Positions 47,455 to 61,092 of a DNA stretch of 64,000 nucleotides are shown here, in pieces (the first letter of the stretch is position 1; every line of letters begins with the position of its first letter). The notes beneath the pieces were generated by a model. It had not been told where the DNA came from. It saw nothing but the letters and a program-made list of their open reading frames with translations, and searched no databases. The position numbers and the translations under genes were made by a program. This stretch comes from Botryllus schlosseri (taxonomy: Eukaryota). Where the stretch lies: the NCBI GenBank assembly GCA_051294905.1, contig CM119372.1:19902001-19966000 (forward strand), read 5' to 3'.

Positions 47455-48111
47455 TAGGGGTGTTCAAAAATGACTTTTTTTCTCAAATCGTACTGGCTAC
47501 TTGATAAAATACTTAGGTTACCCAATTTAGGCCTACACACCAAATTTGGTTCAATTTCAGCCAGTAGCCGCATTGCTACAGGAGAAGAAAGTTTCTATTT
47601 CTTATATAAAAATGAATAAATGAAAAATTTGAAAATTTTCTGTTCACCCCATGAAAGTGTTAGGTTGTCTATGGAAACGATGTTCACCAAATTTGGTTCA
47701 ATTCCAACCAGTGGAAGCGGAATTATTGCCGTCGAAAAATTTGGATTCGAATAAAATAGTATTCACGGTGGGCACCACCATAACAAATAATTAAAGAATT
47801 GGTCACCGTAAATACTACTTTATTGATAATCCAAATTTTTCGACGGCAATAACTCCGCTTCCGCTGGTTGGAATTGAACCACATCGTGTCTGTCGACAAC
47901 CTAACACTTTCATGGGGTGATGAGAAAATTTTCAAATTTTTTTATTTCTTCATTTTTTTTACAATAAATAGAAACTTTCTTCTCCTGTAGCAATGCTGCT
48001 ACTGGCTGGAATTGAACTAAATTTGGTGTGTAGGCTTATTTTGGGTAACCTAAAAATTTTATCAAGTAGCCAGTACGATTTGAGAAAAAAAGTCATTTTT
48101 GAACACCCCTA
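47455..48111. mobile_element. 657-bp foldback (near-complete palindrome) hAT-type MITE
   Basis: Arms of about 300 bp are reverse complements; ends TAGGGGTGTTCAAAAATGAC; perfect TSD CTACACAG. Confidence 0.92.
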
Positions 48112-48313
48112 CTACACAGTGGCTGATCACGGCTCTAAACATTATCCTAATAATTGCGTCATACCTACAGTATACATTATACACAGATGCTCGATTTTGT
48201 CTAATACCTGAATTCGGACCCACCAGACTACACCTTCAGTTATCAGTTAGAATTATTAGTAAACATTTATTCACCAAGTTAGGTGCAAACTTACGGTGTA
48301 AAGTACTTAGTCC

Positions 48314-48850
48314 TGGGGTTGCATTTAAAACAAATGGTGTTTTAAAACACTGTATAAAATGTGTTTTAAACGGTGCCTTAGAAAATTGCCATTTTAAAAA
48401 GAACAAAATCGTGTTTTCAAGTTGTATAATTATGCCGTATAACTTGTTTAAATACTTTCTAAAAACATGTGTTATGAGTCTAAGAACGATTTGCAACCGA
48501 TATAGTCGACAATCGACATACACAATATGGAATGGTTGAAACCCTCGAAATTGTCGTCGGTTCCATAGTTATAGCACGTAGTTTTAGATTCGTGGTATGG
48601 GAAGGATGCTCTGACAATGATGACATCCGACCGTAAAAATGCTGCATTACAATGTAGACCTGGTCAAAGATATTTTCGGACCGTTTAAGACAGAGGTGGG
48701 AAGCCTTTTTCTACCGTAATTTTCAATTTTCAATGTCATTCCACTTCGATGTCACATTCGTGACATCATGGCTAGTAAAAACAAAACAAAAAACAATAAA
48801 AAATACATGTTTATAAATAGGGCCAAGCGTCAAATTGATTTTTGTTATAA
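48314..48850. mobile_element. Family J copy, degenerate
   Basis: TGGGGTTGCATTTAAAAC start, GTTTTAAAAC motifs, similarity to 54486-54907; right end uncertain. Confidence 0.6.
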
Positions 48851-51559
48851 ATACAACCCAAGTTAGACCATTTATGCAATGCATATGTCTTTTGGATCTA
48901 ATCAACAAAGCTTTGAAACAGAGTTGTTGGAGCATTAAGGCATGGCCACTATCGCTCATCATCTCTGAATTATTTTGTAGAATGTAACTCGTACAAAGCA
49001 GTTCATTATGTGACAGGTGAAAAGTACTCAAGTGCTTGTCTGATAGGAAAGTTCGGCACGATGAGTACCTATTTTTTACAATCCATGGCGTAATATCTTA
49101 ATTTTGGATGTTATTTAAATGGTATCGCTGAATGGATATGCAAAGTGTTCTCTATTCATCATGCATGCATAATACATTTTGGCACTTCTGTGGCGGAAGA
49201 AAAATCTACTTACCGAAGAACACAACGTGAAAGTGGCTCTCTGCTTTTTCTAATTAAAGCTCAAATTTCAGACCAAACCTGAATAGGCTGAACACATACC
49301 CAAATATTTCAAGGAATTCGCGCCATCAGCTGACCGACGAGCCTGGCTTATGATACGATACATTTTACAGGAAATAGCCTTAGTGATCTTGGATTTGACG
49401 ATAAGGTGGCGCGATTTTATGACATCGACGGGCGCGTGTCGTATAGTTCATGAATAACTCCACTAGGCCTACAGCTATCCCAATTGGCATTCGCCTCGCT
49501 AGACTGAAACACCCCGCCTATCGCAATTCTCTTGCGGTCATTGTGCAGGCGAATCTGCAATCTCGCAAACAAAGACCTTTGTTTTGCAGTGGCGCGGGTC
49601 AAATGCTCGAATAAGAACACGACACTGATCAATGTTATTGAGAGCCACCTCGGAAACCCAAAACAAGCAGCAGAAATGCCTTGCTTGCGATTTTTCTCGC
49701 TCGCACAAATGCGCTGTTTCTTCCTTTTCCAGCCCTACGAGGCTTGACGTAAAACGATCGAGCCGCCTCGGAAACCGAATGTTCATGGTCGGTGGGTTTC
49801 AGCAAGGCAGGGAAAGACTAACAACGGGATGCCGCCGCTAAATACCCTAATGTTCTGTAATACAGCAACAAAAAGATTACGGTCATGTTGAACACACGGT
49901 TGCGCTATTTTTGGTGGGGCGTAGTAGACGCTGGTAGTTCCGCACGTCTGCCTGGCGATTAATATTAATATTAGACAGTGGAGAGTTATTTACCAAGTTC
50001 CGGGAACCATGATTGAATCCGTCGACACGCTGAACACGTCGATTAGACGCCTGATCCACCTAAATTTGTAATGAGACACACCTGCCCGGCACGCTTTGCC
50101 ATCTCACATTGGCCGAAACCACATACCATATTGGCTCACAAAATGACACGTATGAGTGGTGACCTCGCTGTTCAATTGTGACGTCACCTTGTAAAAGACG
50201 TAGGTACGTATTCAAACTACGTTTCTACACTCCTGTCAGGTATAGCAGACTCACTCACGGTAATGCAGATATAGACATTGCTCTTGTTTACCAGCTCAAT
50301 ACCCAGCTTGAAGCAAGCAATTGGTTAGTTAGGCTAGGGAGAAACTGAGACAACTCTCTATATAAACACTAAGAAGCCTCTTAGATTGGAGAGTGATTTA
50401 TAAACATGGGGATAACAAGCTTAACAATATCAACAGAAAACCCAGAAACTCAATTCTCCATGCAGTGTTAGCTCAGCTGCTGGCAATAATCGCGAACGCC
50501 CCCTCCAAGTGTTCGACTTTGGCATCATGACGTCATTATTTTCACTATCCCACAATGTAAGTTTGCGACATCACGCCGTTATTTAAAAAATCCACCCCCT
50601 CAAATTTTCATCCTGACTACGTCTATATCATGAGTCTCGGTGATTCTAATTTCCAGACTTTCTGAGTTACTGAGGACCGTCCCGAAGCTACGGTTGTGAC
50701 GGCACTGCGGCACTTAAGTAGCAATCCCGAAAATACTGTATGTAACCTTTTCGATCCGTCATGGCGCGACGCCCGTTTTATCGTGGTTAACACCTCTTCG
50801 CCCGATTGCCTTTCCTTGAATTAGCCTCAGTCGTGATGTAAATAAACCGTATGGAATCTGGTAATTGGATAGGCCGGACGATCATATTTATTCGCGGATT
50901 TATCTTTGGTTTATTGGGCATTAATATAGGTCTGATTTCCGCTGCGGGTGATCTTCTTCAGTACTTAGTATCACGCGGTTATTGCTACCCCGGCGATTTG
51001 TCCGTAATGCATTACATTAGCGCTTTACGGACAAGAAGTCACCTTCTACCTTAACTGCTCGAGGTATTTGATATAGGATTTTTGCAGCAGAGTTGGCATA
51101 TCAGATTTCCAAAATCGTCTTGGACTGTTTTCCGAGAAACATATTTACGAAACCAGCAAGCCGCGTACATCAGTGTAACTTACAATAATACAGTAGATGC
51201 AAGAGACTTAGTATTATGGATTTGCGAGTTATGGGCTATATATAGTTTATACTGCATACTTATATTTATACTCTGCAACCGAAATGATGTCACTAATTAC
51301 TATGACTATACGTGAAAAGTGAGGAGCGATCCCATGCAGTTCCAGACTAATTTTGCCGATTTAATATCGCTAGCTACCCTCCGCGCCACGGTTCATTTCA
51401 CCACTTACGAGAAACGTTCGTGTTTGTTACCGCATCGGCGTAATCTTGGTGATGCGGGGAAACGTGTTTTGAGACTTTACGATTCCGTCTGCGTTGCTTT
51501 ACCGATCTGCGCCCGTCAAATGAGTACTTGTGTGCGCGGGAGAGCGTGGAGAAAAATAG

Positions 51560-52507
51560 TAGGGATGGTGTGAACGTGAGGTTCACGTTCGTGTTCTGTG
51601 TGTGAACCTCGGAAAATTTGAGGTTCGCGTTCACAACAGAACCTTGGTAGGTTCTGCACTGTGAACCTTTTTCATATATTGCAATTTTCACTTCATTATA
51701 ACAGCTTTGGTTCAAATTTATTGACTTTCAACTGCGGGCCACTCTATGCATGGGGCTGGCAGCATAAACATTCAACACTAAACGAGCATGCCCTTGACAA
51801 TCTCAAAAACTTACTTGTATTGTTACAAAAGTTTGCTCGAAATATCCAGCCTTCCGTTTGTGCATATTTAGTGTCTCTGTGCTGTGAGCTTGACCCGCAA
51901 TCAATGACATCAAGAGCGAAATACACTGTATTTTGTCAGCAAATGATCCTTATTCAACCAATCAATGAGATTGATATCGTCTTCTGGTGTAAAATTCTAG
52001 CAGGCGTACGGGGTCAATCTTGAGTACATAATGTATACTGTATCATAAAAACCAAATCCGTGCGACTGGGGTGTTAGCTATACTGCTGTATAACTTGTTA
52101 ATCGGTAGCAAGTATAGAAACCCATTTTACACTCTGCTCAATATCCGTGTAGCAATACTCAGACGCCGAATACATTGCCCGATCAGGTCGAAATTGTTGG
52201 CAAAGCGACGCAAGATACTGATTTTATGGGATTATTAGATCATTTTATTGCCCCAGTTGATACATTTGGCGACGTTTCAAACGTCAATATGTACTTAAGT
52301 ACCGAGCTATTATGTGGCCCCGAGTCGTCGCTCGGTATCGTGTACAGTAGATTAATATAGGCAATCACCTAATTGAAATATGGGGTTTAATTTAGCAATA
52401 TGACGTCACTTGACGTCATGAGGTTCACGTTCGTGTTCACACAGAACCTTTCAAAAAGGTTCACGTTCACACGAACCTGAACCTTTCAGAGGTTCACACC
52501 ATCCCTA
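51560..52507. mobile_element. hAT-type family A, full copy (opposite orientation to 45672)
   Basis: TIR TAGGGATGGTGTGAAC / GTTCACACCATCCCTA; perfect TSD AAAAATAG. Confidence 0.93.
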
Positions 52508-54399
52508 AAAAATAGCCAGCTTTCGTGGATGTCTGGGTAATAAAGTGTACCCTCTTTACTTGCTGGGTTAGGGTGAAAGCCATCTAATGACATTCTTCAA
52601 AATACGGATGATTGGTATCATCTTCGAGTGAGACCGCGTGACTCACGTCGGGAAGAGCGTTAGGTAGTTTCGATGAAGTACTTCACGTACCCCCGGAGTG
52701 CGTTGTGCTTTGAATAATCGACTGAACAGCCACGTCAAATTTATGGCAGAAAACATACTATTACACATTTGAACATGATGATGCTAGGTCGAATACATAT
52801 GGTGGCATAAACAATAAGCATCAATGTTGTAAGTGTATGCATATAGGAAGGCGTTTTCCGTGTTAGTACTTGCGGTGCGCGTAATTCCGCGGACAGTGGA
52901 GACTGGAGACTGGAGACTGGAGAGTCTCCACGAATGTCCTCAATAAAAGCGGCATCGCAGCATCAGGTTCTGATAGCTCAAGTTATTATTATCGGATCTC
53001 ATGTCAAAGATATAGTGATTTCGCGTTTAACGAAGCGCAAATTAGTTTCTGATTCAGTATGTAAACCTTTTTCGCGTGTCCGATTAATAGAATTTGTTCG
53101 TCGTCCCAATTGCTTCCTGTCATTTAAATCGCTGCAATCGTGGTATGCTTGAAATTCAGGATACTAATCAACGGACCATTTATGTATTGAGGATACTTAT
53201 TTTGCAACACCCACCAATTCAGTCGTCAGACTTGATCCAAGACATCCAAGACATCACTTGAACCAAGACATTTGCTCTAATACCCCTGTTCCCGTATTAC
53301 TTGGAGGTATGTTATGCTCGATGTGTTGAAATGTTTTGCTACGAAAACGTCGACCTTTTCATCATGAAAAGTGTCGCAAGGTGTTTTTATGACGGTGGAA
53401 AACAGTAATTTTAGAACTTCTTTTCGTGAATTATGTTCGATTGCGCGAACCTCGCATAAATCTCTACGAATATTGCCCGAATGATTACAGAATTGGTCAT
53501 ACAGGAGTAAAAATCATTTTGTTACTACAAGCATGCACTATGCCGCACTATGATCAAATCGAACCTAATGGAATACCAGACCATCTACCCGCAATGCACT
53601 TAAACTAGCTGTTTGGTCCACTTCTTGGATATATCAATAGAGCAAGACTTGGCGGCCTGTTTCGAATTCCCATTCCATACTCCATAGCCGCCTGCCCAAA
53701 CTATAACGTTTCAAACTCAAGCGTGACATAAATCCATGTCTCTAATTGGGTAATATTACGACTTGAACACTCTGAAAACAAGCTTATTTATCCTGTATAC
53801 CACTAAACTCGTCGAATCACAGCACTAGTCGCCACTAAGTGAGGGTGGAAGTCATCTTCTATCCATCACTAAAACCGAAATGCAGTACTTTGCGGGTGTC
53901 TCAAGCGTAACGAAAGGGATTTTGTGTGTTCTCTCGCGCTGCCGTGACTCGGGATCGGAGAAAATTCACATTGCAAGGATCATCTTTGTCATTGTTGAGA
54001 GAGTATTAACCAGTTTTTCTGCTAGATATATTATGACGCGACAAACATGGTTTGTTAAACGCATAGCGTCAAATTACCACTTATTAACAAACCGCTTATC
54101 TCCAGGGAATTTGTTTAGGTTTCCGACTGCTTCAGAAGTTAGGGTTTGAGAATAGTCTCCTGAAGAAAGAGTTTGATTGACAGGCCACGTCAAGTTTATT
54201 CAGTCCTATCACGTGATGAGACGTATCATTATTTCAGGCATCCTGATGCAGATTGGTATCAAATTGCCGGTTCTAATAATCCTATCTGGTGACAAAACGC
54301 CGTGTTCACATTAAATCAAATTCGTCAGCTCAATAAGGGCTGATCACGATCAACCCCATCACAAAGTCATTATTGAATCTCTTACCACCTAAAGTCAGT

Positions 54400-55097
54400 G
54401 GCGAGATAGCGCAGTAATCCGCGGCTGCAACACCAATGATTGCAGGTTCGATTCAGGCCGAGGTCGACTTAAGAATTCCAATACATAGGGTTGCATTGAA
54501 AACAAGCACTGTTTTAAAACACTTTTTTAAAAGCATGTTTTAAACAAAGGCCTTTAAAAAAATGTTTTTTTTCTAAGTTGTTAAATTATGCCATAACTGT
54601 GTAAATACTTTCCAAAAAACATGTTGTATGAGCCTACGGACAATTTCCACCCGATACAGCCGACGTATATCGATATGGGATGGTTTGGCACCCTCAAAAT
54701 AGTCGGTTCAACATTAATAGTACAGACATTTCATCAAAGGAGCTATATTTACACTACATTTTCAATTGTCAATGCCAATCCACTATGACGTCGCAATTGA
54801 ATAATCGTGACGTCATGGCTAAAAAACAATAAGAAACATGTTTTAAATTAGGGCCTTGTTTTAAACATGTTTGTTTTAAAACGGTTTTTGTTTTAAATGC
54901 TACCCTACCTATACTTAAGTGTTGGAGGTTTATCTAGGCTCCTCCTGGCCACCTCATCCGCGTAAGCGGTGTCCTACAACAAGCCTAGAAGGGGGCCGTG
55001 CTATAAGTCGGCAATTACGGAATAAAAATGAAGAATATCGGCCTGGTGTAAATGACCATAGTAGTCGACAAACAACATGAATACCACAAAACAAAAC
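54400..55097 (+). mobile_element. SINE subfamily 2 interrupted by a hAT MITE
   Basis: GAGATAGCGCAGT...GGTTCGATTC head; body resumes at about 54912 (CTTAAGTGTTGGAGGTTTATCTAGGCTCC) and ends ACCACAAAACAAAAC. Confidence 0.88.
54486..54907. mobile_element. hAT-type family J inserted in the SINE
   Basis: TIR TAGGGTTGCATT / AATGCTACCCTA; TSD CCAATACA / CCTATACT (6/8), duplicating SINE sequence. Confidence 0.85.
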
Positions 55098-58073
55098 CAT
55101 CTACACTTGGTATCAGAACCGCTGTGAGATCACAATAGTATAGTGGAGGCGATTACCGTTGAAGAACGGTCCACTTCTGTAATCTACCACACTGGTGCAG
55201 GTTCGAGTTCGACGTAGCTCGACTCCTACACCCCTTGATATATTTTTAAGGTTTATCTATAAGCTCGTCATCACCATCCGATCCCCAAAGGCGTGTTTTG
55301 CAAAAGCTATATGTAGAGCTGGACATAATGAGTACCGTCATCATTATACGTACCCTGTTATTTTTTATGAACCAAAATAGCGTTGCGAATATTACATCCC
55401 GTGGCGGGAACCTTGAAACCTCGATACCAGGTAGCATATATTATTCAAAACATGTATCACAAGGCTCACGTTCGTAGAAGTGACCGCCACTATTGTTTCA
55501 GGCCACTACGACATATTAGTGTCAACAAATTGGAAAAAAATGTTGAATTGGTGTAACCTGTCTTACTGTTATGAATTCAGAAGATATCGACTCGACTCCG
55601 AATCGAATCCCTCACGCTATCGATTTTCCCAGTCCCAGCTATATTTACCCAGTTAGCAGCTCAGGAATCATAGTAGGATTTTCTGTTTGGTGTAAAATTA
55701 CCAGTTCATAGGTGTCGGAACACTATGAATGCTATAACAACAATAACATGCATATTGATTGTGATCCATCCGTTGCACTAGGTAAGAGTCAATGCATGGG
55801 GTGCCAAACATGCCGCCCGTCGGGCGATCTCATGCGACCCGCGAAGCATTGCTATGAGTAAATGAGAAAATGCTAGTAATATCCAGAACATTTTTTTCAA
55901 ATCATGAGGTTTTTATTAGGAAACACGTCCACGTAAATGATCCCGCAATACCGACAATGTATATAGAAAATTTGCGACATCGACACCGACAAGGTTAAAA
56001 AGTGCGCAGGCAGTTCATAGTTTTCAGGAAATATGGAGCGAAAGGATGATATTAACAGAGGCGACAACGCCAATGCTAAACCGTTGCATGCAAGTGACGT
56101 AGTGCTCAAAGAATATAATCCTAATATCAGTGGTGTCACTGCTATATAACTTCCGACTCTAAGGTACCCGGACTGACAGAGTCATTTATGGTATATTCAT
56201 GTCCATCAAATGTACGCTTTCAAAGCCTATCAGATACGGTAAAAAAATTGTGCGTTGCTATATTGTATGGCCTCCATTGTTCGTGATAATATATATTAGC
56301 CTCCTATGCATTGGCTTAGTGCCGAAACGTCCCACTGAAAACAAAGGTATGGATTTGTAGGTATGCCATTGTCGCATCATTTGATTTGCGACCGCGAAGA
56401 AGCGCCAAGTTTGAATGGTGTGCGACGAGTAAATTTCGCTTCGTCTGGGATAAGAGAAGGGTCAAATGAGCTTAAACCATTAAAATATGGAAATGTTGAC
56501 TTTTTGATATTTTGTCAAAATTATTCGATGACTTGACATTGGCAGGGCGGTTTTTCCATGCCCGTCGATTTTGTCCCAATCAGATTCACAGCTAGGAAAA
56601 ACACACAAGATCACACAAAATACATTAATTTTACATCTTCTTAGTTATGCATTTGAAAACTCGTGTATTTTATAAAGCGCTGGGTGTTTAGGGGGTCGAG
56701 CCATTTTCGCATCCCTGACGATGTCAGTGTCATTATTGAAATTGAAAACGGAGTTTGTGATATCTGAGTAGCTTACATCCATCTATTTATGTTATAGAGA
56801 TCCTCTTCCCACATTGAAATGGTCATTAAACTGCGAATGCGGCTGTGCATGTGCATTGTGCACTGTGCAGTCACTTTCGATAATTTGCCCGCAGAACTCG
56901 AACCAACGGCACGCACCGAATTACGATATTACGATATTACGTATTTCTGACGTTACTGCGATCTCAGAAGATAATAATTGTGCGACACCTTTTGAATATA
57001 CTTGATTGTACAAATCCTCTCAAGACGCAAGACGCGATATCACATATTTACAGATAACATTGAAGACGATGCGCGTAAGTCAAGCAATTGCTGCTTAATG
57101 CGGCTGAGTCTGTCGTGCATGGACGCCTCGCAGTGATGTTATTACGTGAAAATATTTTACACCATCAGATATTCTTTATTATTATCTGCCCACTTTCGCC
57201 CTAGGCTTTTGTAAGATACCGCTTACGGGGATGACGAGAGGACAAGATAACATCTTAATAGGTCATGCCTTGCTCCCCAGTTAATATTATTGTAATATAT
57301 TTGACGAATCAATAAATTGTATGTCTGTCCAGCGACGGATTCGTATATTATTGCGACACCAGGTTAATGAGCATTTGCTATAATGATTGCTGCCAGCGAA
57401 ATGGTCACCAAAACAACCAATAAATTTAAATTTCCTAAAATCTTTACATATATAAGCACATCCCTTGCCGTATTTGGTGGTGCCTGTCGTGTAGTGAAAA
57501 AGTTATTTATCGGCAAATCTGAAGTTTTCATTTAACACACCTCTTGTTCTTCTGAGTATGACTGTTGCTAGGAATAGCTGTCCTCCCTACCACTCCCCCC
57601 TAAAAGAATGATTTATCATCATACAACTGCAGTGGTTGAAATCCTGCAAAACTCAAACCTCCGTTTCCTTGCTTATGCTTCGAGCGATTTCCATTCAAAT
57701 CACTTCTTATCACAGATGAATCTGCAATGAAGCGTTGGCCATACACGTAATCACAGCATTTCCATGTTGTAATGATGATTTATGACATCGCCTAACTCTC
57801 CGGAGGCCCTGGTGTTTTGTATACTCCTGTAAAGAAAAAAGAAGAATCGTGGTTGTTAAAAAGTAAGAGAAAATATGGACTTGAATAGAGAACAAAGATA
57901 TGTCTTGGAAATATAGACCATGAATGTATCGAAGTCATTGCTTTTCAAAATGAGGGATATCATAAATAATAAGGCCGGGTAAGCAACCAGTGCTAATGAC
58001 TAATAGAAGACAATCGTGACCAAGTCAAGCCAACTAACCTATTCACGTGAATCCATCGCTGTATGATATAGAG

Positions 58074-59269
58074 CAGAGGTCTCAAACACGCGGCCCGCCA
58101 GAGCATTTTGTGCGGCCCGCGACGACATTTTAGATTTTTATTAATTTTACAAAATATAAGTGTCACATATATCTTTTCAGGTTATAAAGTGAAAATTCCC
58201 TCTTAAATTGTTCCGAAAGCCCTAAACTATTCATCAAACTTCACTATCACATCAATTGCAAACGCTACCATGCAGTGGAACATTCACTATTTCGCTAATT
58301 TCCAATTCATGATGACAAAACCGGACCCTTAGACGATTCTAGACTGAAATTTGTGAGTTGAACTTGGACGCGACCTTTCTTAGAATTACTCAGACACGGG
58401 ATAACTCAATGGCAAAATGAAAATGACTCGAGTTGACTTGAAGTGACTCGGAATGCCGTAAATTTGTTAGAACCATGGACGCAACAAACTAATCGCGTAT
58501 CAGGGGAATAGTAATAGATCAGAAGGTCGCAGCTTCGTATTTCGCTAATTAAGCAAGTATAGTTATGGCAACCATTGGCAATCTGTTAGTTACATCTTTG
58601 GTCGCTAGACCATGTTATTAAGGCCACTTAAAGGTACCGAGTACCGTAGTGGTACGCTCCAACGATGTAACAGCAATGGGCCGTTCGGCGTTCCGACATT
58701 TCAATCACTTGGACACATTCATTAATATATTTATATTATATTTGTATATTTTTTCTGCTCCTATATTTGAAGATATTTGGCCATGAGATTAATAGCATAC
58801 TTATCAGAAGTATACACGAATCCTGGATTGGAATTACAATGCTCAACTTTAAAATGTTTTGATATCAGATCAGTCTCTATTATCAGTCTGTTGGATTCAA
58901 AATATTCATAGTAGCTGAAAATTATAACCTGATAGCTTTTATGATGGCATCATACATTTGTCCGCCCATATGGTGTCTATATCTTATAGTTAATACATAT
59001 CAAGTAAAACAACAATTCTATTCAAATAGTTATAAATGTGATGATTCTTTTCGTGCCAGGCCTAAATTGATACAAACGTAAATCACATTTTGACGATGTG
59101 TGTTTACTGTCAGTCTGCTGGATCGGCTCACTTTCAATAGGGAAATTCATTCCCGCCAAATAAGGCCTATACTTGGAAAGACATAGAATACCCCTATAAA
59201 TGCTGCGGCCCGCGGCGTCGTCAAAACTGGAAAAATGGCCGGCAAGCACATTTGAGTTTGAGACCTCTG
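58074..59269. mobile_element. Buster/Charlie-type hAT element (1196 bp)
   Basis: Perfect TIR CAGAGGTCTCAAAC; perfect TSD ATATAGAG. Confidence 0.93.
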
Positions 59270-60135
59270 ATATAGAGAGACAATTGCAACCACAAGGAGA
59301 TTTCATTGTTTGTTATACAGCTATCGGGCTTTGCATCGCCTATTACATTTGATTCAAGATGTCGAAATAGTCATAGCTCGAGATGCCTCGCTTGGAGCTC
59401 ATTCAAAAGTTCCAGGTATGCAAATCTCCAGGGAGACGACCGCCACTGGATAGGAAGACACAATTTAGCGGATGCAATTAAGTAGTTCAAGTGCCGGACA
59501 ATCGCTGTGTTGATTTAAAAGACGCCTTATTACGTCACCCTAAAACCTTCCCCGATCCATCAAAGGCTCGGTCATGGCTTGACGCGCGCTAGCAGTTTCG
59601 ATACTATGATGCGATAATCTCGCTCCGTCACGGATCATTAAGTTTTCTGTGTAATTGATCCGGCCTACTTTTCTCGACTTGCAGAACGCTCGACGGACTA
59701 ATGACTCTCGCCGAGCATGCCTTCACGATTGACTTCCAGTTTCGTGGCTTTACTTATCAAATATATCTTCGCTGACACTAGTAGGCTACGGAATTCAGAG
59801 GAGGTAACTTGTGAGTGACGAAGTACTTTATTTTATCGGGGTACTCAAGTAGGTTTGCCTACTTGGACTATTTACTCGGATAAGTAGAAAATAGTCTTAA
59901 GATATGTTTACATCGCTTTTATGGGTGAAATTGTCATAACAATTGGCGAACTAGGTAATGTATCACGGTCATTGAAAATTGCACACCTTTATCGTGTCAT
60001 TGGTCACAGAGGACCATAGCTCAGATCCAGCCAGCAATGTTTGGTCCTCGTGCTGACTCGTTGCAACGGCGACATGAGATGAATCATACTGAGGGATGAT
60101 AAAGGAGAAAGGACAAGCAAGTAAAGCGCAGCATC

Positions 60136-61092
60136 TGGGGATGGTGTGAACCTCTGAAAGGTTCTAACTAAATCGTGTCAACGCGAAACTTTTTGAAAAT
60201 TTCTATGCAAACGTGAACTCGAAACTATGACGTCACGTAATATTGCTAATTCGAATCCTCAATTTCCGTAAAGTAATAGATTACAGTCATACTCACGATA
60301 TCTAGCGTCGAATCAGGCCACATTGTGCCACGACGCTGACAACTGGATCAACTAGAACAATAATGCCATAATATCAATATTTTCCGTCGCTTTGCCAACA
60401 ATTTCGACGAGGACTTGCAATGGAATATCAGCCTACGCTTCAACTGTCTAGGCTAGACCGGACAATGTTTTCTCAAGACGTCGGACTATTGCTACATCTG
60501 TATTGATCACAGTAAAATACCTATTTCCATACTTGTTGCAGATATTACCTCAAAAAGTAAGTTATGCACAATATACAGTAGCCAACAACCCAATCGGGCG
60601 TAATTGCATATTATGATACAATGAACAATGAACATATCAAATCAAGATAGATCCCATACGCCTGATATACTTTTAACATCAGACAACTGTGCATTCTTTA
60701 TATCAATCCCGTTGATGTTAATCATCGATAAAATTTATAAAATGATTGTTATCGCGGCCAACGCTCACAGCAGCGAGTCACTGAATATTCACAAACGGAA
60801 AGCTGAAAATGTTGAGGAACCCTTTCTAACAAAGCAAACCAAATTTTCGAAAAGGGCAGGGTGGATGTTCGTTAAGTGGTAAATTTATTTTCTCGTTGCC
60901 AGCACCATGCAGAGAGTCGTCCGAAGTTTAAACGGAAAGAAATTCAACCAAAGACGCCCTTGATGGCGTCAAAAATAATAATAAATGAAAAAGGCTCACA
61001 GTTCAGAACCTACCAAGGTTCGTTTTTGAATGCGAATCTCCAAGGTTCACACTCAGAATGCGAACGTGAACTTCACGTCCACATCATCCCTA
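60136..61092. mobile_element. Family A, older degenerate copy
   Basis: TGGGGATGGTGTGAACC ... CATCATCCCTA; no TSD match. Confidence 0.75.

Noticed and set aside
49400-49850. GC-richer block with overlapping ORFs on both strands
   Set aside because: There is no recognisable domain, splice framework or repeat boundary, so it cannot be supported as coding.
55130-55250. Minus-strand GVGVELRRTRTC resembling the second half of a TSP1 repeat
   Set aside because: There is no upstream WxxW-C, an in-frame stop lies upstream, and there are no convincing splice sites.
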